A stretch of 64,000 nucleotides of DNA from an uncultured delta proteobacterium (lineage in GTDB: Bacteria > Myxococcota_A > Polyangia > Fen-1088): assembly GCA_963755125.1 (NCBI GenBank), contig CAVWIP010000011.1, positions 158,256 to 222,255 on the forward strand, written 5' to 3'. Both the position numbers and the translations under genes were made by a program. The notes beneath the pieces are model-generated. The model worked only from the letters and a program-made list of their open reading frames with translations. It was not told where the DNA came from and did not search any database. This document shows positions 40,721 to 50,772 of the stretch, piece by piece. Each line of letters opens with the position of its first letter. The first letter of the stretch is position 1.

Positions 40721-41926
40721 CTAGCGAACGTCGATGCGGTAGTCGAAGCGCAGCCCCGCAGATGGCGGAAACGACGCCGCGCGCGCGGCCTTTTCGATGC
40801 ACGCGGCAAGCGGCGTGTTCGCCAGTTTCCCGCCCACGCTCACATCGGTGACTCTGCCGTCCTTGCCCACGGCGAGCTTTAACTCTGCGATGCCGTTTTG
40901 GCCGAGCTGTCTTGCACAGTCCTTGCCACGTGTCTTGACGCCGGCCATGACTCTGGAGATATCGGCCTGTGACAGCGACGCCGGCGCTGGTGGGGCTTCA
41001 CTCTTCGGCGCTGGTGGGGCTTCGCTCTTCTGCACGTCTTTCAAAAGGGCGTCCAGACCCTTGCCCTCGCGCTGCTTCCCCTTGCCCTTGTTGTCGGTGA
41101 CTACATCCGCCATCAGGTTGTCGAGCGGATCGTGCGACGTCGACGCCGCGGGCTTGGGCGCTGGCTCACTCTTCGCCGCCGCCGCTGGCTCGTCGACCGA
41201 CGGCTTGGACTTGCGGCTCGCGGTGGCGGCCCTGGGCTCGCTGGTGGGCTCGGTTCCGTCGGCGAACGGATCGTGAAAGCCACCAGGGGCTGGGGCCGCG
41301 GCCGGCGGGCTGGCGGTTGATTTTGCGGGCGCGGCCTTGCTGGACGAAGCCCTGGCTTCGATCTTCGTGTGAGACGCACGCGCGACCGGCATCTCCGCGG
41401 CGGGCGGGCGGCCTGGCGCTGCCATGGCCTCGGCGCGCGCCGCCGGCTGCGGCGCCACGGGTTCTGGGACCGCCGCCGGCGCTGCGGCTCGTTCCTCGCC
41501 CGTGGCTGCTTCCTCGGCGCCCGGGGACGGCGAAGGGAGTGGCACGATCGAGGGCGCAGCGGGCACGTGCGTCGGCGCAAGCGCTACCGGTTCGACCTTC
41601 TCTCCGAACTTCGGCGGGGACATCCCGAGCATCGAGTACGCACGTTCGACGAGAACGAGCGCCTGGGCAATCAGCGTGGGACCGGCGGCGACGCCGCCCG
41701 CAAACACCAGCAAAGTCCACAAGGCCAGCCAGCCCCACCGCCGCTTGCGCGAGGGTTCAGGCAACGCGAGGGGCCCCATGAACACGGGCGGCCCGAGGCC
41801 GGGCGGGGGCTCTTGGGGTTTGGGCCAGCGATCGCTTGGAACCACGGCCCGGATTCTAGCGCAAAAAATGGCTATCGCAGACAGCAGTAAAATCACGTCT
41901 CGGTGGAACAAAGGCACATCTGCCAC
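40721..41926 (-). CDS. Membrane-anchored Pro/Ala-rich protein with TonB/AgmX-like C-terminal domain
   Basis: One TM helix, long low-complexity linker, C-terminal C...GRVTDV...CIE..FP; start uncertain. Confidence 0.65.
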   Translation of the reverse strand: MADVPLFHRDVILLLSAIAIFCARIRAVVPSDRWPKPQEPPPGLGPPVFMGPLALPEPSRKRRWGWLALWTLLVFAGGVAAGPTLIAQALVLVERAYSMLGMSPPKFGEKVEPVALAPTHVPAAPSIVPLPSPSPGAEEAATGEERAAAPAAVPEPVAPQPAARAEAMAAPGRPPAAEMPVARASHTKIEARASSSKAAPAKSTASPPAAAPAPGGFHDPFADGTEPTSEPRAATASRKSKPSVDEPAAAAKSEPAPKPAASTSHDPLDNLMADVVTDNKGKGKQREGKGLDALLKDVQKSEAPPAPKSEAPPAPASLSQADISRVMAGVKTRGKDCARQLGQNGIAELKLAVGKDGRVTDVSVGGKLANTPLAACIEKAARAASFPPSAGLRFDYRIDVR

Positions 41927-41962
41927 TGCGCGGCATGGTGCGATGAACCGGAAGCGCCTCGG

Positions 41963-43681
41963 TCAGAAGGTGACCCACTTGTTGGTGCACGGATTCGGCG
42001 TGCTCGATCCCGAGATGCTGTTGGTGACGTTCACGCTCGGGCCAGACGGAATGAAATTCACGTTGCCTGGACCGAGCGTCACGTTGGTGTACGAAGCGGC
42101 CACATTTGCAGACGAGATTCCGTCGATGACCACGTTGTCGAGAGTGATGCTGTTCATGTGCGACGAATCATAACCGTCGAGCGTGACCTGCGGCGCGTTC
42201 GAGCCGCCGCTGACGTCGTGGAAATTCTCAATCTTGATGTTGGTGTACTGCGGAATGAATGAGCCCGTGTCCGTCGAATAGGTCGGAGTCAGGAGGATCG
42301 GGTTCGACAGGTTGCGAACGCAGATATCGCTGTAGGTCACGTTGTTCACCAGCCCGCCTCGGCTCGAATCAGACTTGATGCGGATTCCGTTCGAGCTGCC
42401 ACCACTCGTGCCCATGTTCAGCCCGTCGATGGACAGGTCGTAGACGTTGATGTCAGACACTCCACCGGTGAACTCGCTGCCGATGGACATGCCGTGGCCG
42501 GCGCCGAAGCGGTTGTGGGCGATGACCAGATGCTCTACCCCGGTGGCGCTCGAACCCTTGAGGGCTATATGGTCGTCGCCCGTGCTGATGCTGCTGCAAA
42601 CAATGGTGCCGTTGCTGGCCGCTTCGCCCGGATCGATCCCGTCGGTGTTGTGCGCGTTGGAGTAGGTCAGCGCGGTGCCCGCACTGTTGGTCGCCTTTGA
42701 TGGCGCCTTGATGGTCACGCCCCACACCACAAACCCGGTGGCGCTCAACTTGACGTGGAACTTCGGGGAATTGTGCAGGGTGATCCGGTACAGGGTGAAG
42801 TTCGTCGCGCCTTTCACCGCTATCAGCGCCGGACTGTTGCCGCTGCTGCCTGCGTTTTGATCCCACCAGGATTGAGTGGAGCCGATGTTCGGCTCGCCGC
42901 CCTGGCCGTCAATGACACCGTCACCCACGATTCCCTGGTTCGCGCCGCTGACCGAGATGAGCTCGGTCGCGGAGCCCCACACCTTCGGGTCGCGTGTGGC
43001 GTAGAGTGTGGTCCCGGCGTCCACCCACAGGGTCACGCCCAGAGGTATGGTCAGCGGCCCGGTGACGAACGCATTGTTCGCACCGCCTGTCGCAAGCTTG
43101 ACGGCCTGTCCAGAGGGGCACGCGGTGAGCGCCTTCTGGATCGCCGACGTGTCAAGGCTGGTCTCATCGGGAACACCACCGGCTGGGACGTTCTGGGTTG
43201 CTGTCAGCGTTGTGCAGGCAGGCGGGATGGTCGGCTCCGCGGGCAGGTTCGGATCACCTGCGCCGCAGGTTCCACTGCTGCCACCGGCACTCACTCCCCC
43301 GCTTGCTGTCGCTGCGTCAGGGTTGCTGGTCCCGCCGGTGGCATTCGTGCCACCGGTTGCGCCGCCCGCATTCCCGCCGGTCGAGCTGCTGCCTGCTGAT
43401 GGAGTGGCGCCGCCGGTCGCGGTCAATCCCCCGCCGCCGGTCGTGCCCCCGCCTGAATCCGTCCCCCCCGTCGAGGTCGTACCGGCCGCACCCCCAACAC
43501 CTGTTCCCTGCACGCCACCCGCACCAGTTGCGGAAGCACCCGCCGCTCCGCCGATTGTGGCCAGCGCATCTGGTTCACCGCCGGACGCGTCCATACGGCC
43601 CACATGCGACCCGGAACCGCTGCTACAGCCATAGACGAGGAGCCAGCAAGACAGGGGAATCACTTTGGCGATGCTGGACAT
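41963..43681 (-). CDS. Glycoside hydrolase family 28 polygalacturonase lipoprotein
   Basis: NTDGID, GDD, GHGMSIGS, RIKS motifs; lipobox VYGC. Confidence 0.92.
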   Translation of the reverse strand: MSSIAKVIPLSCWLLVYGCSSGSGSHVGRMDASGGEPDALATIGGAAGASATGAGGVQGTGVGGAAGTTSTGGTDSGGGTTGGGGLTATGGATPSAGSSSTGGNAGGATGGTNATGGTSNPDAATASGGVSAGGSSGTCGAGDPNLPAEPTIPPACTTLTATQNVPAGGVPDETSLDTSAIQKALTACPSGQAVKLATGGANNAFVTGPLTIPLGVTLWVDAGTTLYATRDPKVWGSATELISVSGANQGIVGDGVIDGQGGEPNIGSTQSWWDQNAGSSGNSPALIAVKGATNFTLYRITLHNSPKFHVKLSATGFVVWGVTIKAPSKATNSAGTALTYSNAHNTDGIDPGEAASNGTIVCSSISTGDDHIALKGSSATGVEHLVIAHNRFGAGHGMSIGSEFTGGVSDINVYDLSIDGLNMGTSGGSSNGIRIKSDSSRGGLVNNVTYSDICVRNLSNPILLTPTYSTDTGSFIPQYTNIKIENFHDVSGGSNAPQVTLDGYDSSHMNSITLDNVVIDGISSANVAASYTNVTLGPGNVNFIPSGPSVNVTNSISGSSTPNPCTNKWVTF

Positions 43682-43769
43682 GAAACTCCTGTGTCATCGA
43701 GACGCGAACTTGTCTCGTCAAGTATGGTGCCCGCTCGCGCCGTTTTCTTCGCCCGCGCACGGCCGGGGA

Positions 43770-43981
43770 AGAGTGGTCCCAGCCACGCACGCCAGGAAGA
43801 ACTGCATTCTACTCTCCGACCGCGTCCACGGCTGCCGCCTTGAGGCGTTCCCGCAGAGCCTCCAGCTTGGCGACCTGTGGCTGGTGTTTCCGTCGTTGGC
43901 TGCCACCCAGCCCTTGCTCCACATGCGTCGCCCAACTTCGACAATGGCCTTGGCCGGCTCGGTCGATGACGTCATGGCCAA
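43770..43981 (-). pseudogene. Class II aldolase remnant with large internal deletion
   Basis: IVEVGRRMWSKGWVAANDGN matches a class II aldolase N-terminus; followed at once in another frame by QVAKLEALRERLK (C-terminus-like). Confidence 0.55.
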
Positions 43982-44063
43982 GACCCTAACCCATTTGCAG
44001 CGGTTGTGCGTGTCCTGACTGGGCGGAGGTCGGACTCCTCGATCTGTTCTGACGGTCGAGCCC

Positions 44064-45730
44064 TTACTGGACCCAGTCTTGGTTCACCTCGGCGGCCAGC
44101 CAACTCTTCACGAAGGTGCCAAAGTCCGTGAGCGTGGTGAGCGCACTGTTCGAGAACATGCTGGGTCCCCAGGAGTTGTCGGCGACCCACGCGGTCCAAT
44201 TGGCGCCATCGCCATTCACGATGGTCTGGAAAGGGGTTCCCCAGTTCGCACTGGTGTCCGGCGATGAGTAGCCCCATTCCGTGATGAATACCGGCGCCAG
44301 TTTTGTGGCGGTCGCGACTTGTTGCTGGAAAGACGTTCCCCAGTTGTTGGGATAGATGTGGGCCGTGTAAACCAGATTCGTGCCCGTCGGGGGCGAGCTG
44401 GCGGCGTCGCCCGGGTGCTGATCCCAACTCATGGAGGGAACCACGATGAGGTTGTTGGGCGCTGCCGCGCGGACGGTGTCGATCCAAGTCTGCACCTGCG
44501 TCTTGAACGTCGCCCATGCCATGCCGCTGTTGATGGGCTCGTTGAACAATTCGTAGATGACGTTGGTGTAGCTACTGAACTGCGGGGCGATATCCGTCCA
44601 GAAACTGGTCGCGGCGTCCCCCGAATCGTGGGCGGTGTTGGTATCGTCGATCTGGTGAAGATCGATGATGGCGTACAGGTTCTGGGAGGTGGCGTAGTCG
44701 ACGGCCGGTTTGAGAACTTTGCTGATGTAGTCCGGGCCGGTCATGATGGTTACCTTTTGCCCGGCTGGCGCCGGGGTGCCGACCGGGTACGGCAAGCCAG
44801 AATAATAGGGATCTCCGCCATTGAAGTCGGTTTCCGGATAGACCGGCATGCGAACCACGTGGGCTTGCAATCCGGCTGCGGCAACGGCGTCGATGCGTTC
44901 GGTGATCCCGGCTGAGCTGTTTGTCTGCTGGTAGAGCGCGCCGATGTCGATCAGCGCGTACCCGCGCAGGACGATGGTCTTGCCGTCGGGATCCTTGATG
45001 AGAGGACCCTCCACGTGCAGGGCGGGCAGGCTCCCGGTCGCGCCGCCCGTACCCCCGGTGGCACCGCCTGTGCTCGCAGTCGTGCCGCCGGTCGCGCCGT
45101 CGCTGCCCCCAGTCGTGCCACCGATTGCGCCGCCTCTGCCGCCCATCGTGCCCCCCGTCGCGCTACCCGTTGCACCGCCTGTCGCTCCGCCAGTTGTGCC
45201 GCCGGTCGCACCACCAGCGGGCGTCGAGCCACCGGTGGCCCCTGCTGTGCCGCCTGTCGCTCCGCCCCTTCCCCGATCCCCCCGCCGGTAGCCGTCGTGC
45301 CTCCTGTGGCACTGCCCGTCGCACCGCCCCTGCCCCCAGCCGCGCCGCCCGTTGCGCCACCTGCAGGCGTCGCGCCGCCCGTGGCCGCAGTCGTGCCACC
45401 TGTCGCGCCGCCCATGCCGCCCGCCGTACCACCGGCAGTGCTTCCGCCGGAGCTAATCGAGCGGCCGCTGGTGGTTCCGCCAGCACTGGTTGCCGCACCC
45501 GTGCCAGTCGCGCCGCCGCTGGTCACGGCGCTGCTGCTCGAGTTGCCCGCTGCCCCACCAGCCAGGCTTGAGCTACCGACCGTGCCCCTCTCGCCTCCCG
45601 TGCCGGCAGCACCGGAACTGCCCCCTCCCGATCCCCCGCTGCCTTGCGAGCCAGTGCCATTGTCCGAGCAGGCACCCCCGAGGGCGGTGCCCAGGATCAT
45701 GATTCCCAGCAGAACCTTGCTATTCGTCAT
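44064..45730 (-). pseudogene. GH5 cellulase-family lipoprotein, frameshifted in its Gly/Thr linker
   Basis: Signal/lipobox (GGAC) frame starts 45730; catalytic frame (IIDLH, YELFNEP, TAHIY, FITEWG) ends 44064; one-base shift at the G runs 45271-45283. Confidence 0.8.
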
Positions 45731-45971
45731 GGTGCGGCCTTTCTAGCTATCTTCAAGAAGGGCGCAAGATCCCAGCAACCTTCATAGATTCGTCAACATA
45801 GCCCCGAGTGCCTCTACGTGTTCGCGCTGCTGTCCCACGACGAAGTCCGGTGCCTCTTGCGAAGCGGACGAATTGTGTAGCCGTGACCGACTGGGAATAG
45901 TCGCAGGCTGGCGGTGAAGCCTTGCCGTGGATTGAGCGCAAAATGCGTGGATCGGGCTGCGGTGAATAGGT

Positions 45972-47435
45972 ATGAATGCCCGCATGTGCTTGTCGTTGCG
46001 AGCCGCACTTTTTCCATCCATTCCATTTCTTACCTGCCTCCTGATCGCCCTTTGCGGATGCGCCAAGGCGCCGCCCCCAGCAAATGGGCCTGCTGTGCAA
46101 GAGGCCGGAGCGACTGACACCGCGGCCCCGGTTTCCGGGACCGTCGCCATTTCGGCGGCCACGCCAACACCTCGGCCCACCACGGGACTCGGCACCAGCT
46201 ACTGGTCATGGCCGCCGTCCTCGGGCGATATGGTCGCGGGAACCGAGGCTCAGGTTCTCACGCTCGCGCCATTCGTCATCCGCGCCGGGGGCTACAACAA
46301 CGACGTGAACTCCCCCGACGTTTTCGACGACACCCAGATGGACAAGGCCGTGGCCTACGCGCAGGCCATCCACGCTGATCTGATTGTGCAGGTACCGGTG
46401 CTGGCCCCCAGCACGGCCGACGGCGGCGCGGCCGATGGCCCTGACACGGCGGCGGCCATGGTGCAGTATGCGAACGTCACGCAGGCATACGGCATCAAGT
46501 ACTTCTCCATCGGCAACGAGCCTGACCTCTATGCCAGCGCAACGGCGCCAACCATAGGTATCGCCGGCTACGCGCCCGCGGACTATTGCGCCACGGCCAC
46601 GGCCTACGTTGCGGCGATGAAGGCGGTCGACCCGACGATCAAGATCGTGGGACCGGATCTGTCGTGGAAGTATCAGACCGGCAGCAACGACTGGCTCACC
46701 CCCATCCTGACTACCTGCGGTTCTCTCTTCGACATCGTGGCCATCCACCGTTATCCCATCGACCCGACGCAGACCACCGTGGCGAACGCGGCCGACGACG
46801 CGCCCAAGCTACAAGGCGTGATCGCGCACCTGCAATCCATCCTGCAGGCGACGGGCAACGGTGACAAGCCGCTGGCCATCACCGAGTGCAACGTCACCTG
46901 GGATGGCACGCCGTCCAAGAGCATCCTGCCCGCGTCCCCTGGCACGGTTCCCGCCGGCCTATGGGCGGCGGACGCGTTTGGTGTGGGCCTGCAGAGCGGG
47001 CTGTGGGCGACCGTGTTCTGGAGCACGCGCGAGAGCTGGACCCTGGGCCTCTTCGCGGCCACGGCGGCCGCCGATGGCACGCCGCAACCGCAACCGGAAT
47101 ACTGGGCGCTCGATCTGTTTGCGGAGCATTTCGGTTCCACGCTGCTTTCGGTGTCGTCGACGCCTGCCGGAGTGCGCGCGTACGCCAGTCGCAACCAGGC
47201 GGCCGACGGAACCCAGCTCACTCAGGTTATCGCGCTCAACTGGAACGACGGACCGGCCACTCTCACGTTTACCGTCGACGGCCTCGCGACGGCGCCCACG
47301 CCTCCGACCTTTGTTCTTCCCGGGCTGACCGTCGCGGCCATCGAGATCCCGGACACAGGCGCGGCATCCGCCTGGAGCTACGGGGAAACCCAACACCAGG
47401 CCCTGCTGCCGCCGCAGCCTTTGTCAGCCCAGTAG
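45972..47435 (+). CDS. Clan GH-A glycoside hydrolase lipoprotein (GH44/GH79-like)
   Basis: Lipobox LCGC; IRAGG, YFSIGNEPDLY, IVGP, AIHRYP, LAITECN. Confidence 0.75.
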   Translation: MNARMCLSLRAALFPSIPFLTCLLIALCGCAKAPPPANGPAVQEAGATDTAAPVSGTVAISAATPTPRPTTGLGTSYWSWPPSSGDMVAGTEAQVLTLAPFVIRAGGYNNDVNSPDVFDDTQMDKAVAYAQAIHADLIVQVPVLAPSTADGGAADGPDTAAAMVQYANVTQAYGIKYFSIGNEPDLYASATAPTIGIAGYAPADYCATATAYVAAMKAVDPTIKIVGPDLSWKYQTGSNDWLTPILTTCGSLFDIVAIHRYPIDPTQTTVANAADDAPKLQGVIAHLQSILQATGNGDKPLAITECNVTWDGTPSKSILPASPGTVPAGLWAADAFGVGLQSGLWATVFWSTRESWTLGLFAATAAADGTPQPQPEYWALDLFAEHFGSTLLSVSSTPAGVRAYASRNQAADGTQLTQVIALNWNDGPATLTFTVDGLATAPTPPTFVLPGLTVAAIEIPDTGAASAWSYGETQHQALLPPQPLSAQ

Positions 47436-47459
47436 CCTGCGCTTCGCGAGCCGGCACAG

Positions 47460-47503
47460 CCATCGGCCGCGGACTCGAAGGAGCCGCGTGCCGATGGGGT
47501 TTT
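47460..47503 (+). terminator. Possible intrinsic terminator between convergent genes
   Basis: Stem CCATCGGC...GCCGATGG followed by GGTTTT. Confidence 0.35.
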
Positions 47504-47514
47504 GGTTGACCAGG

Positions 47515-48516
47515 CTACTTGGCCTGCGCTTGTTCCAGCGCCACGGCCACCGCCACAGAGGCGCCGACCATGGGGTTGTTGCCCATGCCGAGGAAGCCCA
47601 TCATCTCCACGTGCGCGGGCACGGAGGATGAACCGGCGAACTGGGCATCGCTGTGCATGCGGCCCATGGTGTCGGTCATGCCGTACGAGGCAGGACCGGC
47701 AGCCATGTTATCGGGGTGCAGGGTGCGACCGGTGCCGCCGCCGCTGGCCACCGAGAAGTATTTCTTGCCCTGCTCCACGCATTCCTTCTTGTAGGTGCCG
47801 GCCACGGGATGCTGGAAGCGCGTGGGGTTGGTAGAGTTGCCAGTGATGGACACGTCCACGCCCTCGTGGTGGTTGATGGCCACGCCCTCGCGCACGTCGT
47901 CGGCGCCGTAGCAGCGGACTTTGGCCTTCTCGCCCTTGGAGTACGCGATCTCCTTCACGATGTTCAGCTTGCCCGAGGCGTAGTCGAACTTGGTCTGCAC
48001 GTAGGTGAAGCCGTTCACCCGGCTGATGATCTGGGCAGCGTCCTTGCCCAGGCCGTTGAGGATCACGCGCAGCGGAGCCTTGCGGGCCTTGTTGGCGCTG
48101 CGGGCGAGGCCGATGGCGCCCTCGGCGGCGGCGAAGGATTCGTGGCCCGCCAGGAAGGCGAAGCACTTGGTCTCTTCCTTCAGCAACATGGAGGCCAGGT
48201 TGCCGTGGCCGATGCCCACCTTGCGATCGTCCGCCACCGAGCCGGGAATGCAGAAAGCCTGCATGCCTTCGCCCAGGGAACAGGCGATATCCACCGCTTT
48301 CTTCTGGCCCTTCTTGAGGGCGATGGCCGCGCCGAGGATGTACGCCCAGCAGACGTTCTCAAAACAGATGGGCTGGATCTCCTTCACGATCTTGTAGACG
48401 TCGACGCCCTTGGCATCGGTGAGCTTCTTCGCTTCTTCGAGGGAGGCGATGCCGTACTTGGCCAGCACCGGAGTGATCTGGCCGATTCTGCGTTCATAGG
48501 ATTCAAAAAGAGCCAT
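47515..48516 (-). CDS. GGGtGRT family protein
   Basis: MALFESYERRI start, FLAGHESFAAAEGA, SVASGGGTGRTLHP. Confidence 0.92.
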   Translation of the reverse strand: MALFESYERRIGQITPVLAKYGIASLEEAKKLTDAKGVDVYKIVKEIQPICFENVCWAYILGAAIALKKGQKKAVDIACSLGEGMQAFCIPGSVADDRKVGIGHGNLASMLLKEETKCFAFLAGHESFAAAEGAIGLARSANKARKAPLRVILNGLGKDAAQIISRVNGFTYVQTKFDYASGKLNIVKEIAYSKGEKAKVRCYGADDVREGVAINHHEGVDVSITGNSTNPTRFQHPVAGTYKKECVEQGKKYFSVASGGGTGRTLHPDNMAAGPASYGMTDTMGRMHSDAQFAGSSSVPAHVEMMGFLGMGNNPMVGASVAVAVALEQAQAK

Positions 48517-48528
48517 GGTGCATTTCTC

Positions 48529-49221
48529 CTACTGGTGCCGGGGGTTGATGGTCTTGGCGGCTTCGTCGAAGCGGCCGTACTTCGAGGTCGCCTTCTTCAA
48601 GGCTTCCCCAGCCTCCACGCCCTTGGCGATGGATTCCATCATCTTGCCCAGGTGCACGAATTCGTATCCGATGACCTCGTCGCCCTCGTCGAGCGCCAGG
48701 CGGGTCACGTAGCCCTCGGCCATCTCCAGGTAGCGCACGCCCTTGGCCACGGTGCCGTACATGGTGCCGATCTGGCTGCGCAGGCCCTTGCCCAGATCCT
48801 CGAGGCCCGCGCCGATGGGCAGGCCGTCTTCCGAGAACGCCGTCTGGGTGCGGCCGTAGACGATCTGCAGGAAGAGTTCGCGCATGGCGGTGTTGATGGC
48901 GTCGCACACGAGGTCGGTGTTGAGCGCTTCGAGAATGGTCTTGCCCGACAGGATCTCGGCGGCCATGGCAGCACTGTGGGTCATGCCGGAGCAGCCGATG
49001 GTCTCGATCAGGGCTTCCTGAATGACGCCGTCCTTCACGTTGAGCGTGAGCTTGCAGGCGCCCTGCTGAGGCGCGCACCAACCCACCCCGTGAGTGAGCC
49101 CGGAGATGTCCTTGATCTCCTTGGCCTGCACCCAGCGGCCTTCCTCGGGAATGGGCGCGGGACCGTGATTGGGTCCCTTGGCGACGCACGTCATGTGTTC
49201 GACTTCCGTCGAGTAGATCAT
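48529..49221 (-). CDS. IscU/NifU-N-like Fe-S scaffold family protein (usual GGGtGRT partner)
   Basis: HGPAPIPEEG, GWCAPQQGACKLTLN, GCSGMTHS, LVCDAIN; AGGAGG SD. Confidence 0.88.
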   Translation of the reverse strand: MIYSTEVEHMTCVAKGPNHGPAPIPEEGRWVQAKEIKDISGLTHGVGWCAPQQGACKLTLNVKDGVIQEALIETIGCSGMTHSAAMAAEILSGKTILEALNTDLVCDAINTAMRELFLQIVYGRTQTAFSEDGLPIGAGLEDLGKGLRSQIGTMYGTVAKGVRYLEMAEGYVTRLALDEGDEVIGYEFVHLGKMMESIAKGVEAGEALKKATSKYGRFDEAAKTINPRHQ

Positions 49222-49254
49222 TCGTAAACCTCCTGTAGAGGATTCTGTCTACTA

Positions 49255-49375
49255 CATCCCACCTCTGCCGGGAAGTGCGCTCCGCGAACTCACGATAGCC
49301 GCAGGAGGTCGTGGACGTGGTCGTGGTCGTGGCCGTGGCCGTGGCCGTGGCCGTGGCCGGTGGCCGTGGCCGTAG
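49255..49375 (+). repeat. Direct repeat copy 1 with GTGGYC hexamer array
   Basis: CATCCC...GAAGTGCGCTCCGCGAACTCACGATAGCCGCAGGAGGTCGTGGACGTGG then (GTGGYC)n; homologous to 60507-60590. Confidence 0.85.
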
Positions 49376-49443
49376 ACGGGTTGAGCCTGAACGTCCACTT
49401 CTTGGTGAAGGCAAAATGGCGCTTGCACCGACCATGCTCAGCG

Positions 49444-50574
49444 CTACGGATGAAGTTCCGACGGCGTGCAGACCGTCACCTCCAGTTGTCCGTAGCGCCG
49501 CACATGGGGCGGGTCGCCCGAAGGGGAAACCAGGAAGTTGCGGCCTTTGGAATAGTAACTGCGGAAGACTTTCAAGGCCGCGCTGTCGAATGCACGCGCT
49601 TCCCATTTGCACTCTATGGCGTCCACTTGGTCGCGACGGCGCGTAAGAACGAAGTCAACCTCGCAGCCCGATTTGTCGCGCCAGTAGCGCACGGGCGTTT
49701 CGGGAAAATGGGCTTGCAGATGTTCCAAGACCACATGTTCCCAGAGCAAGCCAAGATCGGCGTGTCGCAGCGGATCCCAACCCCGCGCGAAGCTGACGAA
49801 TCCGGTGTCGAAGCCATAAACCTTGGGCATCTTCACGATTTCTTTCTGGCCGCCACCGTGAAAGGGCCGGACCAGCGTGATGGCGTGAGTGATTTCCAGG
49901 GCGCGCAGATGGCTTTCTACCGTGGGGCGGGTGACGCCAACGGACGCTGCCGTCTTGGTGATTTCAAGTTGTCCACCGCTCTGGCGCAAGACGTACTCGA
50001 AGAGCGCGTTGAAGCGGTTCACGTCGCGGAAACCAAACAAGCGCTGGATGTCGCGGGCAAAAAAGGAATCCATCCACTCCCGGTAGAGAGCCGGTCGTTT
50101 GCTATCGGCGAGAAGCGCAGCAGGCAACCCGCCGTGGTAGAGGCGCTGGGGTAACGGCACGCCAAAAGCGGCGAGTTCACCCCACAATACCGGCGGTAGG
50201 TGGATCGTGCGTTTCCGACCGGTGAGCGTGTCACGGAACTTCTTGCTCGCCGCAAGCGTCGAAGAACCCGTGGCGAGAATCTTGAGCTTCGGGAAAACGT
50301 CGGCGCCAATCTTCAGCAGTCGCGCGGGGTCGCGTAGCTGATGGATTTCGTCAAAGACCACGACCGGCCTTGTGCACGAGCGAAAGAATAGCTGCGGATC
50401 GCGGGTCATGTCCTCGACAGCAGGCAGGTCGCAGTTGACATAGAGAATTCGCTCCTCGCCCAGGCTTTCGGCCAGTGTGGTCTTGCCACAGCGCCGGACG
50501 CCGCAGAGCCAGGCGATGGGAGCCTCGGTCCAGGACTCCTCGATGCGTCGCAACCAGAAGGGCCGTTCGATCAT
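49444..50574 (-). CDS. AAA_14 ATPase with DUF4143 domain
   Basis: GVRRCGKTT, FDEIH, ATGSS, GGLP, K.YGFDTG, EVDFV, AIECK. Confidence 0.9.
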   Translation of the reverse strand: MIERPFWLRRIEESWTEAPIAWLCGVRRCGKTTLAESLGEERILYVNCDLPAVEDMTRDPQLFFRSCTRPVVVFDEIHQLRDPARLLKIGADVFPKLKILATGSSTLAASKKFRDTLTGRKRTIHLPPVLWGELAAFGVPLPQRLYHGGLPAALLADSKRPALYREWMDSFFARDIQRLFGFRDVNRFNALFEYVLRQSGGQLEITKTAASVGVTRPTVESHLRALEITHAITLVRPFHGGGQKEIVKMPKVYGFDTGFVSFARGWDPLRHADLGLLWEHVVLEHLQAHFPETPVRYWRDKSGCEVDFVLTRRRDQVDAIECKWEARAFDSAALKVFRSYYSKGRNFLVSPSGDPPHVRRYGQLEVTVCTPSELHP

Positions 50575-50582
50575 GCTATGGA

Positions 50583-50611
50583 ACTATACGTTCCGACTAA
50601 CTAAATGTAAA
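50583..50611 (-). promoter_or_regulatory. Sigma70-type promoter of the AAA_14 gene, probably leaderless
   Basis: TTTACA-N17-TATAGT ending 8 nt before the ATG; no SD. Confidence 0.55.
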
Positions 50612-50772
50612 GTACGATAGCAGAGCGTGGCCGAGGCACGTGAGGTCGTGGAGGTAGGTCCCATGGTGCGTTTCTGACCCTGACCTTCGCGAGCCCCCGC
50701 GCGAGCGCGCAATGTTCGAGAGATTCGGACTGCAAGGGCGATCGCGTCTGCATTGACGGTCGCTGTGTCGAT

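Noticed and set aside
45040..45500. GC-rich tandem repeats as a non-coding repeat element
   Set aside because: They encode the GGATGG-type linker of the GH5 lipoprotein.
49308..49375. CRISPR array
   Set aside because: Tandem hexamers without unique spacers; no cas genes in the window.
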